Positions 52,429-64,000 of a DNA stretch of 64,000 nucleotides are shown one piece after another. The first letter of the stretch is position 1; each line of letters opens with the position of its first letter. Under the pieces are notes generated by a model, which did not search any database, was not told where the DNA came from, and was given only the letters and a program-made list of their open reading frames with translations. The stretch is from positions 152,210,001 through 152,274,000 of the forward strand of contig OX597815.1 in the NCBI GenBank assembly GCA_951406725.2, given 5' to 3'. Made by a program: the position numbers and the translations under genes. The DNA comes from Octopus vulgaris. Lineage: Eukaryota.

Positions 52429-55400
52429 TTGCTCATGAATTCTGCCAAATGCGAGCTTTCTTTTCAGGTACATGAAGCTACTGTCCACCGACGCAGGGTC
52501 TCTAGGGCCCATACCTCCCACACCCTCAGGGTTGGCACCCTCAACGTTGGCACACTGAAAGGTAGGTCTGGCGAGATAGTTGAGATGCTTGAACGGAGAT
52601 GTGTGGATATATGTTGCATGCAAGAAGTAAGGTGGAGAGGAGGTTCTGCTAGGTTCCTCACAGGCAAGGAACACAGGTACAAGATTTTCTGGGCAGGGAA
52701 CACTGACGGGGTTGGAGGCGTGGGTATACTTATTGCTGAGAAATGGGTAGATAAAGTAATTGAGGTAATCAGAGTATGCGACAGAATACTTAAGATTAGA
52801 TTAGCGCTTCATCATAGTGTAGCAACCATTATATCAGCCTATGCTCCTCAGTCGGGGCTACCTGATGGACAGAAAGACCGATTCTATGACACTCTACTGC
52901 AGACTACCTCGTTGACGAACGACAGAGACCTTCTCTTTGTGGCTGGTGACTTCAATGGTCACGTTGGACGACATGCTGGGGGCTTCCATGGCGTACATGG
53001 AGGCTATGGCTCTGGTTCCCGCAACGAGGAGGGAACCAGGGTGCTGGAGTTCTGCGATGCAAATAATCTTATGATTTGCAACACTAACTTCAGGAAACCT
53101 ACCAGCCACCTAGTCACCTACCGATCGGGCCAACATACCAGCCAAATTGACTACATCCTTGCCAGGCAAAGGGAGAGATGGCTACTTATAAATGCCAAAA
53201 CCTTCCCAGGTGAAGAATGTACCCCACAACATAGACTGGTAGTTAGTGACTTTAGGATCAGGAGTAGGAGGACAACCAGAAGACGACCAACATGGAGAAG
53301 AAGGATCTGGAAGCTTAAGGATCCTGCGAATGGACAGAGATTTAGAGACATGTTACTTGAAGCCTTTGACGAAGTAGAAGGGGATAGAGTATCACATGGG
53401 GTAGAGGGCAACTGGACGTTTCTAAGGGACAACCTGCTGAGAGCCACTGACCAGATCTGTGGCTGGTGCAAAGTCCCCTCTCGTCCCAAGGTAACGTGGT
53501 GGTGGAACAGTGTTGTAGACAGGGCTATTAGAGAAAAGAGACAGGCTTGGAAGCACTGGAAGAATGGGGGTAGCAGGGAATTGTATCAGACTGCTAAAAG
53601 GGAAGCTAGGAGACAGGTCTATCTAGCCAGAGGGGAAGCAGATAAGAAAAAATTTGCCAATGTTCTGCGCCGTGAGGACCAAAGACTGGAGGTGTTTCGC
53701 GTTGCAAGACAGTGTGTGAGAGAGAATTGTGATGTGGTAGGAGAGAAGTGTGTTCGCATGGAAGATGGTTCACTTGCGCTAAACGAGGATGCAAAGAGAG
53801 AGGCTTGGAGACGCCACTATGAAAGGTTGCTGAATAAAGAAAATGAATGGAATAAAGAGAGTCTGCCGAACGTTGACCCAACAGAGGGACCAGCTATCAG
53901 GGTTGATAGTTCCATGGTAGCTAAGGCAATTAGAAGCATGAAGACAGGGAAAGCCCCAGGCCCATCAGGTATCACTGCAGAGATGCTCAAAATATCTGGT
54001 AGTGTCGGCTATAGCCTAGTCACCTGTATAGTTAATCAGGTGATACATGAAGGAGTCATACCCAATGACTGGTGTAGCAGCATACTAGTCAACTGCTACA
54101 AAGGTAAAGGTGATGCCCTAGATACAAATAATTACAGAGGTATCAAGCTGTTGGATCAGGTGATGAAGGTTACAGAGAGGGTCATAAGCCAACTCACTAG
54201 AGAGAGAGTTAGTTTAGATGAGATGCAGTTTGGGTTCGTGCCAGGGAAAAGTACCACTGATGCTATATTCCTGGTAAGGCAGCTGCAGGAGAAATACCTA
54301 GCCAAAGATAAGCCCCTGTACCTGGCTTTTGTTGACATGGAGAAAGTCTTCGACAGGGTCCCCCGATCCCTCATCTGGTGGTCAATGAGGAAACTAGGAA
54401 TAGATGAATGGTTAGTGAGAGCTGTGCAAGCCATGTACAGGGATGCTGCTAGTAAGGTGAGGGTTGGCAATGAGTACAGTGAAGAATTCCGGGTAGAGGT
54501 AGGGGTCCACCAAGGTTCAGTCCTCAGCCCCCTCCTATTTATCATAGTCCTCCAGGCAATAACGGAGGAATTCAAGACAGGATGCCCCTGGGAGCTCCTC
54601 TATGCTGATGACCTTGCTCTAATTGCTGAGTCATTATCAGAACTGGAGAAGAAGTTTCAGGTGTGGAAGCATGGTTTAGAATCGAAGGGCCTTAGAGTCA
54701 ACCTAGCTAAAACCAAAGTCGTAATAAGTAGGAAGGTAGACAAATCACAAACGCCTTCAGGTAGATGGCCCTGCTCGATCTGTAGAAAAGGTGTAGGTAG
54801 AAACTCTATAAGATGCACCAAGTGTAAGCTATGGACACATAAGAGGTGCAGCAATGTCATAGGAAGGCTAACTAGGAAGATGGTTTTTGTATGTGGCAGA
54901 TGCTCGGGAGCATTAACCTCTGAAAATCTGCAGAAAACAACTTCCGTCACTTTCCAGGGGGAAAAACTAGAAGTAGTTGATAGCTTCCGTTATCTTGGTG
55001 ACCAAGTCAGTAGTGGGGGTGGGGGTGCTGAAAGTGTAACGGCTAGAGTAAGAATAGCCTGGGCAAAGTTTAGGGAGCTCTTACCTCTGTTGGTGACTAA
55101 AGGCCTCTCGCTCAGAGTAAAAGGCAGACTGTATGATGCATGTGTACGAACAGCCATGCTACATGGCAGTGAAACATGGGCCGTGACTGCTGAGGACATG
55201 CGTAAGCTCGCGAGAAATGAAGCTAGTATTCTCCGTTGGATGTGTAATGTCAGTGTTCATAGTCGACAGAGTGTAAGTACCTTGAGAGAAAAGTTGGACC
55301 TAAGAGGCATCAGATGTTGTGTGCAAGAGAGACGATTGCGCTGGTATGGTCATGTGGCGAGAATGGATGAAGATAGGTGTGTGAAAAAGTGCCACACCCT

Positions 55401-55556
55401 GGCAATGAGGGGACCCGTGGAAGAGGTAGACCCAGGAAAACCTGGGTCGAGGTGGTGAAGCACGACCTTCGAACTCTAGGTCTCACCAAGGAAATGACCA
55501 GAGACCGAGACCTATGGAAGTATGCTGTGCGTCAGAAGACCCGGCAAGACCAGTGA
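52429..55556 (+). CDS. RTE ORF: APE endonuclease + reverse transcriptase + PHD finger; one -1 frameshift at ~55406
   Basis: VGTLNVGTL, QEVRW, AGDFNGHVG, SQIDYIL, HRLVV; KAPGPSG, GVHQGSVLSPLLF, YADDL. 1009 codons are open. The canonical tail (EGTRGRGRPRKTW...DRDLW) continues in a shifted frame to TGA at 55556. Confidence 0.9.
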
Positions 55557-55624
55557 GAACAATCAAAATCAAATCATATATCAGAAAGCAGGGGTTAAGT
55601 GACCCATCTGTTCGTGTCCACTGT

Positions 55625-56210
55625 CAGCCTCGTCTGGCACCCGTGTCGGTGATACGTAAAAGCACCATTCGCTCGTGGCCGTTTGCCAGCTCTGTCTGGT
55701 CGGTGGCACGTAAAAGCACCATCCGTTCGTGTTCGTTGCCAGCCTGGCCTGGCCCCGTGCCGGTGACACGTAAAAGCACCGTCCGTTCGTGGCCGTTTGC
55801 CAGCTCCGTCTGGCCCCGTGTCGGTGGCACATAAAAGCACCGTCCGTTCGTGTCCGTTGCCAGCCTCGGCTGGCCCCGTGCCGGTGACACGTAAAAGCAC
55901 CGTCCGTTTGTGGCCATTTGCCAGCTCTGTCTGGCCCCGTGTCAGTGGCACGTAAAAGCACCATCCGTTCGTGTTCGTTGCCAGCCTCGGCTGGCCCCCG
56001 TGCAGGTGACACGTAAAAGCACCGTCCGTTCGTGGCCGTTTGCCAGCTCTGTCTGGCCCCGTGTCGGTGGCACGTAAAAGCACCATCCGTTCGTGTCCGT
56101 TGCCAGCATTGCCTGGCCCCGTGCCAGTGACACGTAAAAACACCATCCGTTCGTGGCCGTTTGCCAGCTCTGTCTGGCACCTGTGCAGGTGGCACGTAAA
56201 AAACACCCAC
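55625..56210 (+). repeat. ~60-bp tandem array (about 10 units, alternating A/B variants) in the RTE 3' UTR
   Basis: Unit core ccgtg(c/t)cggtg(g/a)cacgtaaaagcacc repeated with period 60-61. Confidence 0.9.
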
Positions 56211-56692
56211 TACACTCGCGGAGTGGTTGGCGTTAGGAAGGGCATCCAGCCGTAGAAACACTGCCAAATCTGACTGGGCCTGATGAAGCCTTCCGGCTTC
56301 ACAGACCCCAGTTAAACCGTCCAACCCATGCTAGCATGGAAAGCGGACGCTAAATGATGATGATGATGATGATGATATATATATATGTAGAAGGATGAAA
56401 AGGAACACATGAGTCGATATATATGGATAAAAAAGTCAAGGTAGAAAATGCTAAAACAATTTTATAAAAGACATTTCATTACCAGTTTCAGTCATTGAAA
56501 CTTTTTCAACTGTAAGCATGGAGAACAATTAAATTTTGGAAAAGTTAAAAGAAAATATTTTTAAAAGAATATTTGCATAGTATTCAAATACAAGTGGAAT
56601 TTTCCTTGTTTCTGCCTGTCTCGGTCTCTCTTGTTTACTCTTGTGGGTTCGACCTCAAACCCACAAGGGTAAACAAGAGAAACCAGTACTGA

Positions 56693-58402
56693 AATCATCA
56701 TCATCGTTTAATGTCCGTTTTCCGCGCTAGCATGGGTTGGACGGTTCAACCAGGGTCTGGGAAGCCAGGGGCTGCCCCAGGCTCCAGTCTGATCTGGCAG
56801 TGTTTCTACAGCTGGATGCCCTTCCTAACGCCAACCACTCCGCGAGTGTAGTGGGTGCTTTTTACGTGCCACCTGCACAGGTGCCAGAGGGGTCTGGCAT
56901 CGGCCACGATCAGTTGGTGCTTTTTATGTGCCACCGGCACAGAAGCCATTCGAGGCGGGGTTGGCATCAGTCACGTTCGGATGGTGCTTTTTATGTTCCA
57001 CTGGCACAGAAGCCAGTGGAGGCTGCACTGGCAACGGCCACGTTCGGATGGTGCGTTTTATGTGTCACCGGCACAGGTATCACAACTACTGTTTCCGTTG
57101 ATATTTGGTTCGATGTTCATGTACATGCACTTGACTCAACAGGTCTCCTCAAGCACAGCGAGATGTTCCGGGATCCCACGATCGGTTGGTGCTTTCTATG
57201 TGCCACCGGCACAGAAGCCAGTCGAGGCGGTGCTGGCGTCGGCCACGTTCGGATGGTGCTTTTTATGTTCCACCGGCACAGGAGCCAGTCGGGGCGGTGC
57301 TGGCATCGGCCACGTTTGGATGGTGCTTTTTATGTGCCACCGGCACAGAAGCCAGTGGCGGCTGCACTGGCACGGCCACGTTCGGATGGTGCTTTTTATG
57401 TGTCACCGGCACAGGTATCACAGCTACTGTTTCCATTGATATTTGGTTCGATGTTCATGTGCCACCGGCACAGAAGCCATTCGAGGCGGGGTTGGCATCG
57501 GTCACGTTCGGATGGTGCTTTTTATGTGCCACCGGCACAGGAGCCAGTCGGGCCGGTGCTGGCATCGGCCACGTTCGGATGGTGCTTTTTATGTGCCACC
57601 GGCACAGAAGCCAGTCGAGGCGGTGCTGGCGTCGTACACGTTCGGATGGTGCTTTTTATGTGCCACCGGCACAGAAGCCATTCGAGGCAGGGTTGGCATC
57701 ATTCACGTTCGGATGGTGCTTTTTATGTGCCACTGGCACAGAAGCCAGTGGCGGCTGCACTGGCACGACCACGTTCGGATGGTGCTTTTTATGTGTCACC
57801 GGCACAGATATCACAGCTACTGTTTCCATTGATATTTGGTTCGATGTTCATGTATATGCACTTGTCTCAACAGGTCTCCTCAAGCACAGCGAGATGTTCC
57901 AGGATCCAAGGTACTTTGAATGGGCAGGGGGTATGCGGAACTGGTGCCGGAAGCATCCCGGGTCTTAGTAGTCACAGCACATCTCCAGAGATCTCGGTCC
58001 TTCGCCATTGCCTCAGTGAGGCCCAACGCTCTGAGGTCATGCTTGACTACCTCATTCCATGTCTTCCTGGGTCTACCTCTCCCCCTGATTCCTTCAACTG
58101 TTCGGGAGTGGCACTTCTTCACACATCTCTCCTCATCCATCCGCAGTACATGACCATACCATCGCAAGCGTCGCTCTTGCACACCGTATCTGATGCTTCT
58201 TATGCCTAGCATTTCTCTCAGGGTGCTTACACTCTGTCGTGCATTCATACTGACATTACACATCCAGCGGATCATGCTAGCTTCATTTCTTTCAAGTCTA
58301 TGCATGTCCTCTGCAGTCACGGCCCATGTTTCACTGCCGTGAAGCATGGCAGTTCGCACACATGCATCATACAATCTACCTTTCACTCTGAGTGAGAGAC
58401 CC
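56693..58402 (-). mobile_element. 5'-truncated RTE LINE (related subfamily) with ~66-bp 3' UTR array
   Basis: ORF end KGRLYDACVRTAMLHGSETW...GRGRPRKTW; array of tgtgccggtggcacataaaaagcacc units at 56850-57810; (GAT)n tail. Confidence 0.9.
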
Positions 58403-58458
58403 TGAGTGAGAAATGTTTTTTATAAAATTATTTTAGCATTTTCTACCTTTACTTTTTT

Positions 58459-58495
<37 letters not shown>

Positions 58496-58882
58496 CACAT
58501 ATAAACATACATATTTTCATACACACACACATGCACATGCATATAAATATGTGTGTGTGTTTTTATGTTTGTTTTTGTCACACAACACTACTTGACAACT
58601 GGTGTTGGCAGGTTTACATCTTGTAACTTAGCAGATTAGCAAAAGAGACTGATAGAATGAATATCTGACATAAAAAGCACTGGGACTGATTTGTTTGACT
58701 AAACCCTTCATAGCTGTTGTCCAATGACTATAACAAGTAAAAGATAAAAAAGAAAATGTGTCTTGAAGACATTCAGACCAGGAATTGAAATGTAGTGAAG
58801 AAAACAGAAAGAACCAAATATATAGTGGAACTTTGAGTTCAAGCATACAGATATGGCAGGTGGGGGAGACTGCTGGACAGTA

Positions 58883-59100
58883 CAAGGGGATGCTGAAAAG
58901 TTCCTGGCTTTCAGGGTATTGCTAAAAGCCTGATTTGAGGCCCAACCTTCCGATTTCTTTCACAGGGCTTAGAAAAACTGAAGGACAGCTAAAATAAGTG
59001 TGTGAATCCAAGTGGGAGATTTGTTGAATAAAATCATAATTAACTGATCTTCCTGTGTTTTCTTTTCCCCAAAATGAGGAAATTTTTAGTACCTCCCTCG
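58883..59100. mobile_element. Mariner-type MITE
   Basis: TA|CAAGGGGATGCTGAAAAGTTCC ... GGAAATTTTTAGTACCTCCCTCG|TA. Confidence 0.7.
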
Positions 59101-59239
59101 TATATTATAGCTGCACCCCACAACTCTACAAATAGTTGAGAACTCAAACAAGCAAGAAAGCAAAACACTTTTAGGCAGAGAGTATTTGTAAAAATCTAAA
59201 GAAAAATAATTATAAAACAATATTAATCCTTGACTGATA

Positions 59240-59554
59240 CTATTTCCATGAATGCAAAAGTGGATGATTGCTACATAGCTCAGATACCAGGAAACCTCAA
59301 AATGGCAGAAATTCAAAAGATAGTGCTCATGGGAACTGCCCATATCCTGTCTATGTAATCTCAAATTTTAAAACAAACACATAATTTTCTTATGGGTTTC
59401 TTGAATATTCTCTAGAACAACACTATGTACAAAACCAAATATATGGCACCCTAGGCATAACACCAGCATGAACTTCGAACTTGTTGTCTCTTGAGGTCTC
59501 TGGGTGAGACTTGGAGCCAACTTGTACAAATGCAAAGCAAATGTCAAACATAAC

Positions 59555-59588
<34 letters not shown>

Positions 59589-60810
59589 TAAATGGAAACA
59601 ATTGAAAGAAGAGGCAAATGAAAATGATAATAATAATAATAATGACGATAATAATAAATTATCAAGCAAAGGTATCTGCTAAAGCTGCCTGCATAGCACA
59701 GTATGAAAAGCTTACTAGGTTCTTCAAGGACAATAACATGTTAAAAAATAACCCCAAAAATTTTTACAGGAAGATAGGGAAAATCACCAGTTACTGTAAA
59801 GTCTGTCCCATCAAAAGAAGAAGTGCAGGGATTTTGGAATAAAATTTGGGCAGAAGAAAAAAACACACAACAAAAAGGCCCCTTGGATTGAAAGAATATC
59901 TATCGACTCCTTAGAAAAGCAAAAGTGGGAGGGTATCAAATTAGAGGATGTAAGATCTGCTCTCAGGAAGCCAAGCAAATGGCAGTCTCCAAGAAAGGAT
60001 AAAATTCCTAACTTCTGGTTGAATGCCTTCCCAGAGTCATGAACTGCTAACAAAACTTTACAACAATGTTTTGCAACAACCTAGTATGATTCCCTCTTGG
60101 CTATTTAATGGTGTTGCATTTCTACTTCCAAAAAATGAAGAAACAAATGAACCATAAAATTATAGACCCATAACCTGCTTAACAACAATGTATAAAATAC
60201 TAACATTTATCTTGAATGAATACACCTATAGTTTTTTAATAGAAAGTGGCATCTTTCCCAATGAGCAAAAAGGATGTAAATATGGGTCCTATAAATGTAA
60301 TGATCAGTTACTCATCAATAAGATGATCTTGGAAGATTGTTACAAAGAACACAAGAACTTGTCGATAGCCTCATCAGACTATAAAAAAGCTTTTGATTGT
60401 CTATCACATTGACAATTTAAAAATGTTTGGGAATTTATAAAATAGCACCTACTCTGTGAAACCTGTTATCCGTAGGTATGGGATCATGGAGAACCACACT
60501 GACTTTGAACACTGGCAATTAATCTCTTAATGCTGGTGATGTAAGAATTTCATGTGGCCTTTTCCAGGGTGGCTCTCTATCACCAATCCTATTTTGTCTA
60601 GCCTTACTAACTCTTTTGAAATTGCTAAATGATGTACAATATAGCTATAAAATGTTTCATAAAAATATAAATCATCTCTTTTACATGGATGATTTAAAGC
60701 TCTTTGCAAAAAATGGCCAACAACTACAGGGCTTAATAGCAATTGTTAAACAGTTAAGTGATGACATCAGGAAATAATTTAGACTTGATAAGTGTGCAAT
60801 GATGATGATG

Positions 60811-60850
<40 letters not shown>

Positions 60851-61822
60851 TAATAATTAAGACATGACAGAGTTGGCCAATATCTCCACTGGCTAATAAG
60901 TCGGCATTACAATATCAAAACTGCCGACAAGTGGTATAATCACCACCCTGAGGCTGTAACTGAAGGAGAAAATGTAACCATTCTGTGGGACTTTCCAGTA
61001 CATACAGACCGAACCATCAAGGCCAATAAACCAGATATTGTTGTGAAAGACCAAAACAATAAAGTTTGCTTATTGATCGACATGAGCATCCCCTGTGATC
61101 ATAATATCTCAGCGAAAGAGTTTGACAAGCTCAGAAAATATAAAGACCTACTCATTGAAATTGAGAAAATGTGGCATCTCAAGGCGGTTACAATACCAGT
61201 GATCGTAGGAGCACTAGGAATGATCAAGAAGGGAACCGAAAATTATATGAGAATGATCCCTGGCTTACCATCCCTGCAAGAAGTGCAAAAGATTGTCTTA
61301 ACTGGTACATCACACGTATTGAGAAGAGCATTGTCGATGTGAGAACTGTTGCTGCTCATGTATTTTAATTTTAATTTAACTTTAAAAAAAAAAATTAAAA
61401 AAATGAACGAACTACTGAGTTTGGTTTAATGGCCTACCAATATACACTATGAGTTTCTTTGCCCTAGGAGTCGGGAAGACACTCGGCAAGAAATGGAAGA
61501 AAATTTGAAAGAAGAAAAAAAAAAGTAATAATAATGATAATAATAATAATAATATATGTGGAGTCTAAAAACAAACAATTTCTATTGTAGTAGGTGCATT
61601 AAAAATATTCAGACAAATACATAATAAAAACACCAGGACTAACAAATATAACATACAGAAAATAGCACTACTAGGCACTGCATACATCCTACATAAAACA
61701 CTTTCAATACAGTAACAATAAGAGCATCACAGCAAACTACAGCACATATCCAAGGCACACAAAGCTGCACTTGGTAGTGAAGTGAAAGCACGTTATAAAA
61801 ATAAGACTACTGAATAATGATA

Positions 61823-61857
<35 letters not shown>

Positions 61858-62550
61858 AATAAGATTGAAATTATAGATCACCTAATCTCAGAGTGTAGAG
61901 TCTTAGCACCTGTAGAATATAAAGCAATACATGACAGAGTTGGCCAGTATTTACACTATACAATATGTCGGCATTATAAAATCAAAATTGCTGACAAATG
62001 GTATAAACACCATCCTGAAGCTGTGACTGAAGGAGAAAATGTGTCGATTCTCTGGGGTTTCCCTATACATACCGACAAAGATATAAAAGCCAATAAACCA
62101 TATATTATAAAAGATCAGACAAAAAAGGTGTGTTTATTAATTGACATGAGTATTCCTTGCAATCACAATATAGCAGCAAAAAAAATTTGACAAGATCAGT
62201 AAATATAAAGACTTGCTAATAGAAATTGAAAAAACGTGGCATCTCAAGGCGACTACAGTAGCAGTGATTGTTGGATCTCTAGGAATGATAAAAAAAGGTA
62301 CTGAAACCTATTTGAAAATGATACCAGGCTTACTATCCCTACAGGAAGTGCAAAAAATTGTGTTAACTGGAACGACTCATGTACTGAGAAGAGCATTCAT
62401 GAATTTATTTATTTATGAATTTTTTTAATTACATATTTTACCTGTGAATTTGCATGTATAATCTGGGAATGCATACAATGAGCTTCTCTGCCCTAGGTGT
62501 ACGGAAAACACTCAGCGAGAAATGGAAGAAAATTTGAAGAAAGAAGGAAA
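59240..62550 (+). mobile_element. Cluster of Dong/R4-clade LINE fragments separated by (AAT)n/(GAT)n
   Basis: RT motifs YRPITCL..MYKILT, EQKGC, DQLLINK, DYKKAFD, HLFYMDDLKL. REL endonuclease ILWDF...KPDIVVKD...LLIDMSIP...K..KYKDL occurs twice (60860-61340, 61860-62400). Confidence 0.85.
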
Positions 62551-62584
62551 GAAAACAACAACAACAACAATAATAATAATAATA

Positions 62585-64000
62585 ATTCTTTTTTATTGGC
62601 CACAAGGGCTGACACGCATGATTACATAAAGGGACAAAACAGGACGAAAGGTTACAAAGGTTTTGCCGTTTTTTGAAAAACATCGAGTAAAAACTGTATA
62701 ACAATAATTATAAAACAATGAAAAACTCCCAAAAGGGGGAGACGTTTCGAAAGGTTCCTGGTGGAAAAAACCCTACAAAAGCCAACGGGAGCCTGGTCAA
62801 AAAAGGGGTGTAGAGAGTCCCCTTTTTTCTCCTTTTACATTATCTTTTTGAAATCACAGGCGAAACCTGAGAACTGGTCCATTTATACTGGCCAGTCTCG
62901 CACAATTCACCCACCTTTCATAAAACTTGCTATCGGACAGCACTTTCCTCTCTAACCTCATCTTCCTTTTCAAGTGAAACTTGAAAAAGTTGATGAGGCC
63001 TTGACCAAAGAGGAAAGTGTCTGACTTTAGCCCTTTCAAACGAGTCCACCACACAACTTCTTTCGCCACAGCCACTAGGCATAAGAAAACGGCCTCGCCC
63101 TCCTTGTTAAAGGAGGTCGGCGGGGCAATCTTCACTGTGGATTCGGCCGATAGTCGGATCCGTCCTACACGTGACAGTAGCTGTTCGACATAAACCCATA
63201 TTTCAGCAATACTCGGGCACTGGACGAGTGCGTGCAGAACGGTTTCGTCGTCCTGGCAACACCTCGGGCAGGCCCGGCTGACGGCACTTCCGTGCCGGTA
63301 GAGTTTATCTCGAACAGGCAGAGCCCCTCGGTAGCACTGCCAGGCGAGCGACCTCTGGAAATTATCCATCGGCCCCGGCCCGAAAGTCCTCCCGAACAGA
63401 CTGCACAGTTCGTCGTCTTCAACGCCTAGAGTTTCCCCGAGAACGTCGTCGCATTTTTCCTCCACTAACCCTCTAAAGAACGCTAGAGTGGAGCTGTAAC
63501 CGATCGCATTGCCCGCCTGACGGAGGGCAGAGAGGGCTTGACGGCACTCGAGGTGCTAAGCGCCCTTTCTCGGTCTACGTTTGATCCAGGTCTGCAGCTC
63601 CGTCAAAGAGACGAGCTGCGGAAAATCGCGTCTGACAAAAGACGACCACACCTGTTCACCGTCTAGGAAGCGCTTGAGATGCCACAGCCTGAGCGCATGT
63701 CTGCGCAACAGCAACCACGGCATTCCAAGGCCTCCGTTCAGCGGTCGTTGACAGCAGATGGATCGCCTGACCAGTGGCACCTGACCCTTCCACAAAAAGT
63801 CGAAGAGCAGGCGTACCAGCTTGGCCAAACAGCGGTCGGGACAAGGGACGACGGTCAAGCGGTAATAGATGACGGATGCGATGTACGCATTCGCCACCTC
63901 CGCTCGACCTTTCAGGGACAGCTTCCTCTCGGCCCATTTCTGGGTGAGACGTGCCACCCTGCTCGTCACCTCTTCCCAGTTCTTATCCACCTGGAGGTCC
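62585..64000 (-). mobile_element. Tx1/L1-clade LINE 3' part (different subfamily), runs off window end
   Basis: RKLSLKGRAEVANAYIASVIYY, GGLGMP, FQRSLAWQCYRGALPVRDKL..CPRC..ETVLHALVQC; one premature stop at ~63556. Confidence 0.9.

Larger units (their letters stand above)
51766..56376 (+). mobile_element. Near full-length RTE-clade LINE
   Basis: Pyrimidine-rich 5' UTR, single long APE-RT ORF, tandem-repeat 3' UTR and (GAT)n tail. Confidence 0.93.

Noticed and set aside
55581-58209. Long overlapping ORFs (247, 203, 490, 260 aa) and a CRISPR-like repeat/spacer appearance
   Set aside because: They are read-through of tandem 3' UTR repeats of RTE LINEs; the 'spacers' are repeated rather than unique, and there are no cas genes in this eukaryotic DNA.

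Overview
AT-rich, repeat-dense eukaryotic genomic DNA, inferred to be octopus/cephalopod from its SINE and LINE families and its microsatellite load. The main host gene is on the minus strand and is largely invisible in the ORF track. It is an extracellular leucine-rich-repeat (LRR) gene. A signal-peptide/LRRNT exon (28207-28397) is followed, after an ~18 kb TE-filled intron, by at least seven 72-nt, phase-2/phase-2 exons that each encode exactly one 24-aa LRR (10146, 9005, 5857, 5466, 3310, 1968, 254), and the gene runs off the left end of the window. The flanking introns of these exons are homologous, there is a half-destroyed extra copy at 1166-1198, and the predicted concave-face residues differ in every cassette. 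The array therefore looks like a tandemly expanding, freely interchangeable LRR cassette system. The window also holds a 5'-truncated, intronless TOE1 fragment with a broken CCCH finger, and decayed exons of another gene (45-49 kb). Mobile elements include a near-intact RTE LINE with a PHD finger and an arrayed pseudoknot-like 3' UTR motif; Tx1/L1, CR1, CRE, Dong/R4 and Penelope retroelements; a full-length decayed mariner; several MITEs; and many tRNA-derived SINEs. All calls are by eye, without database searches.
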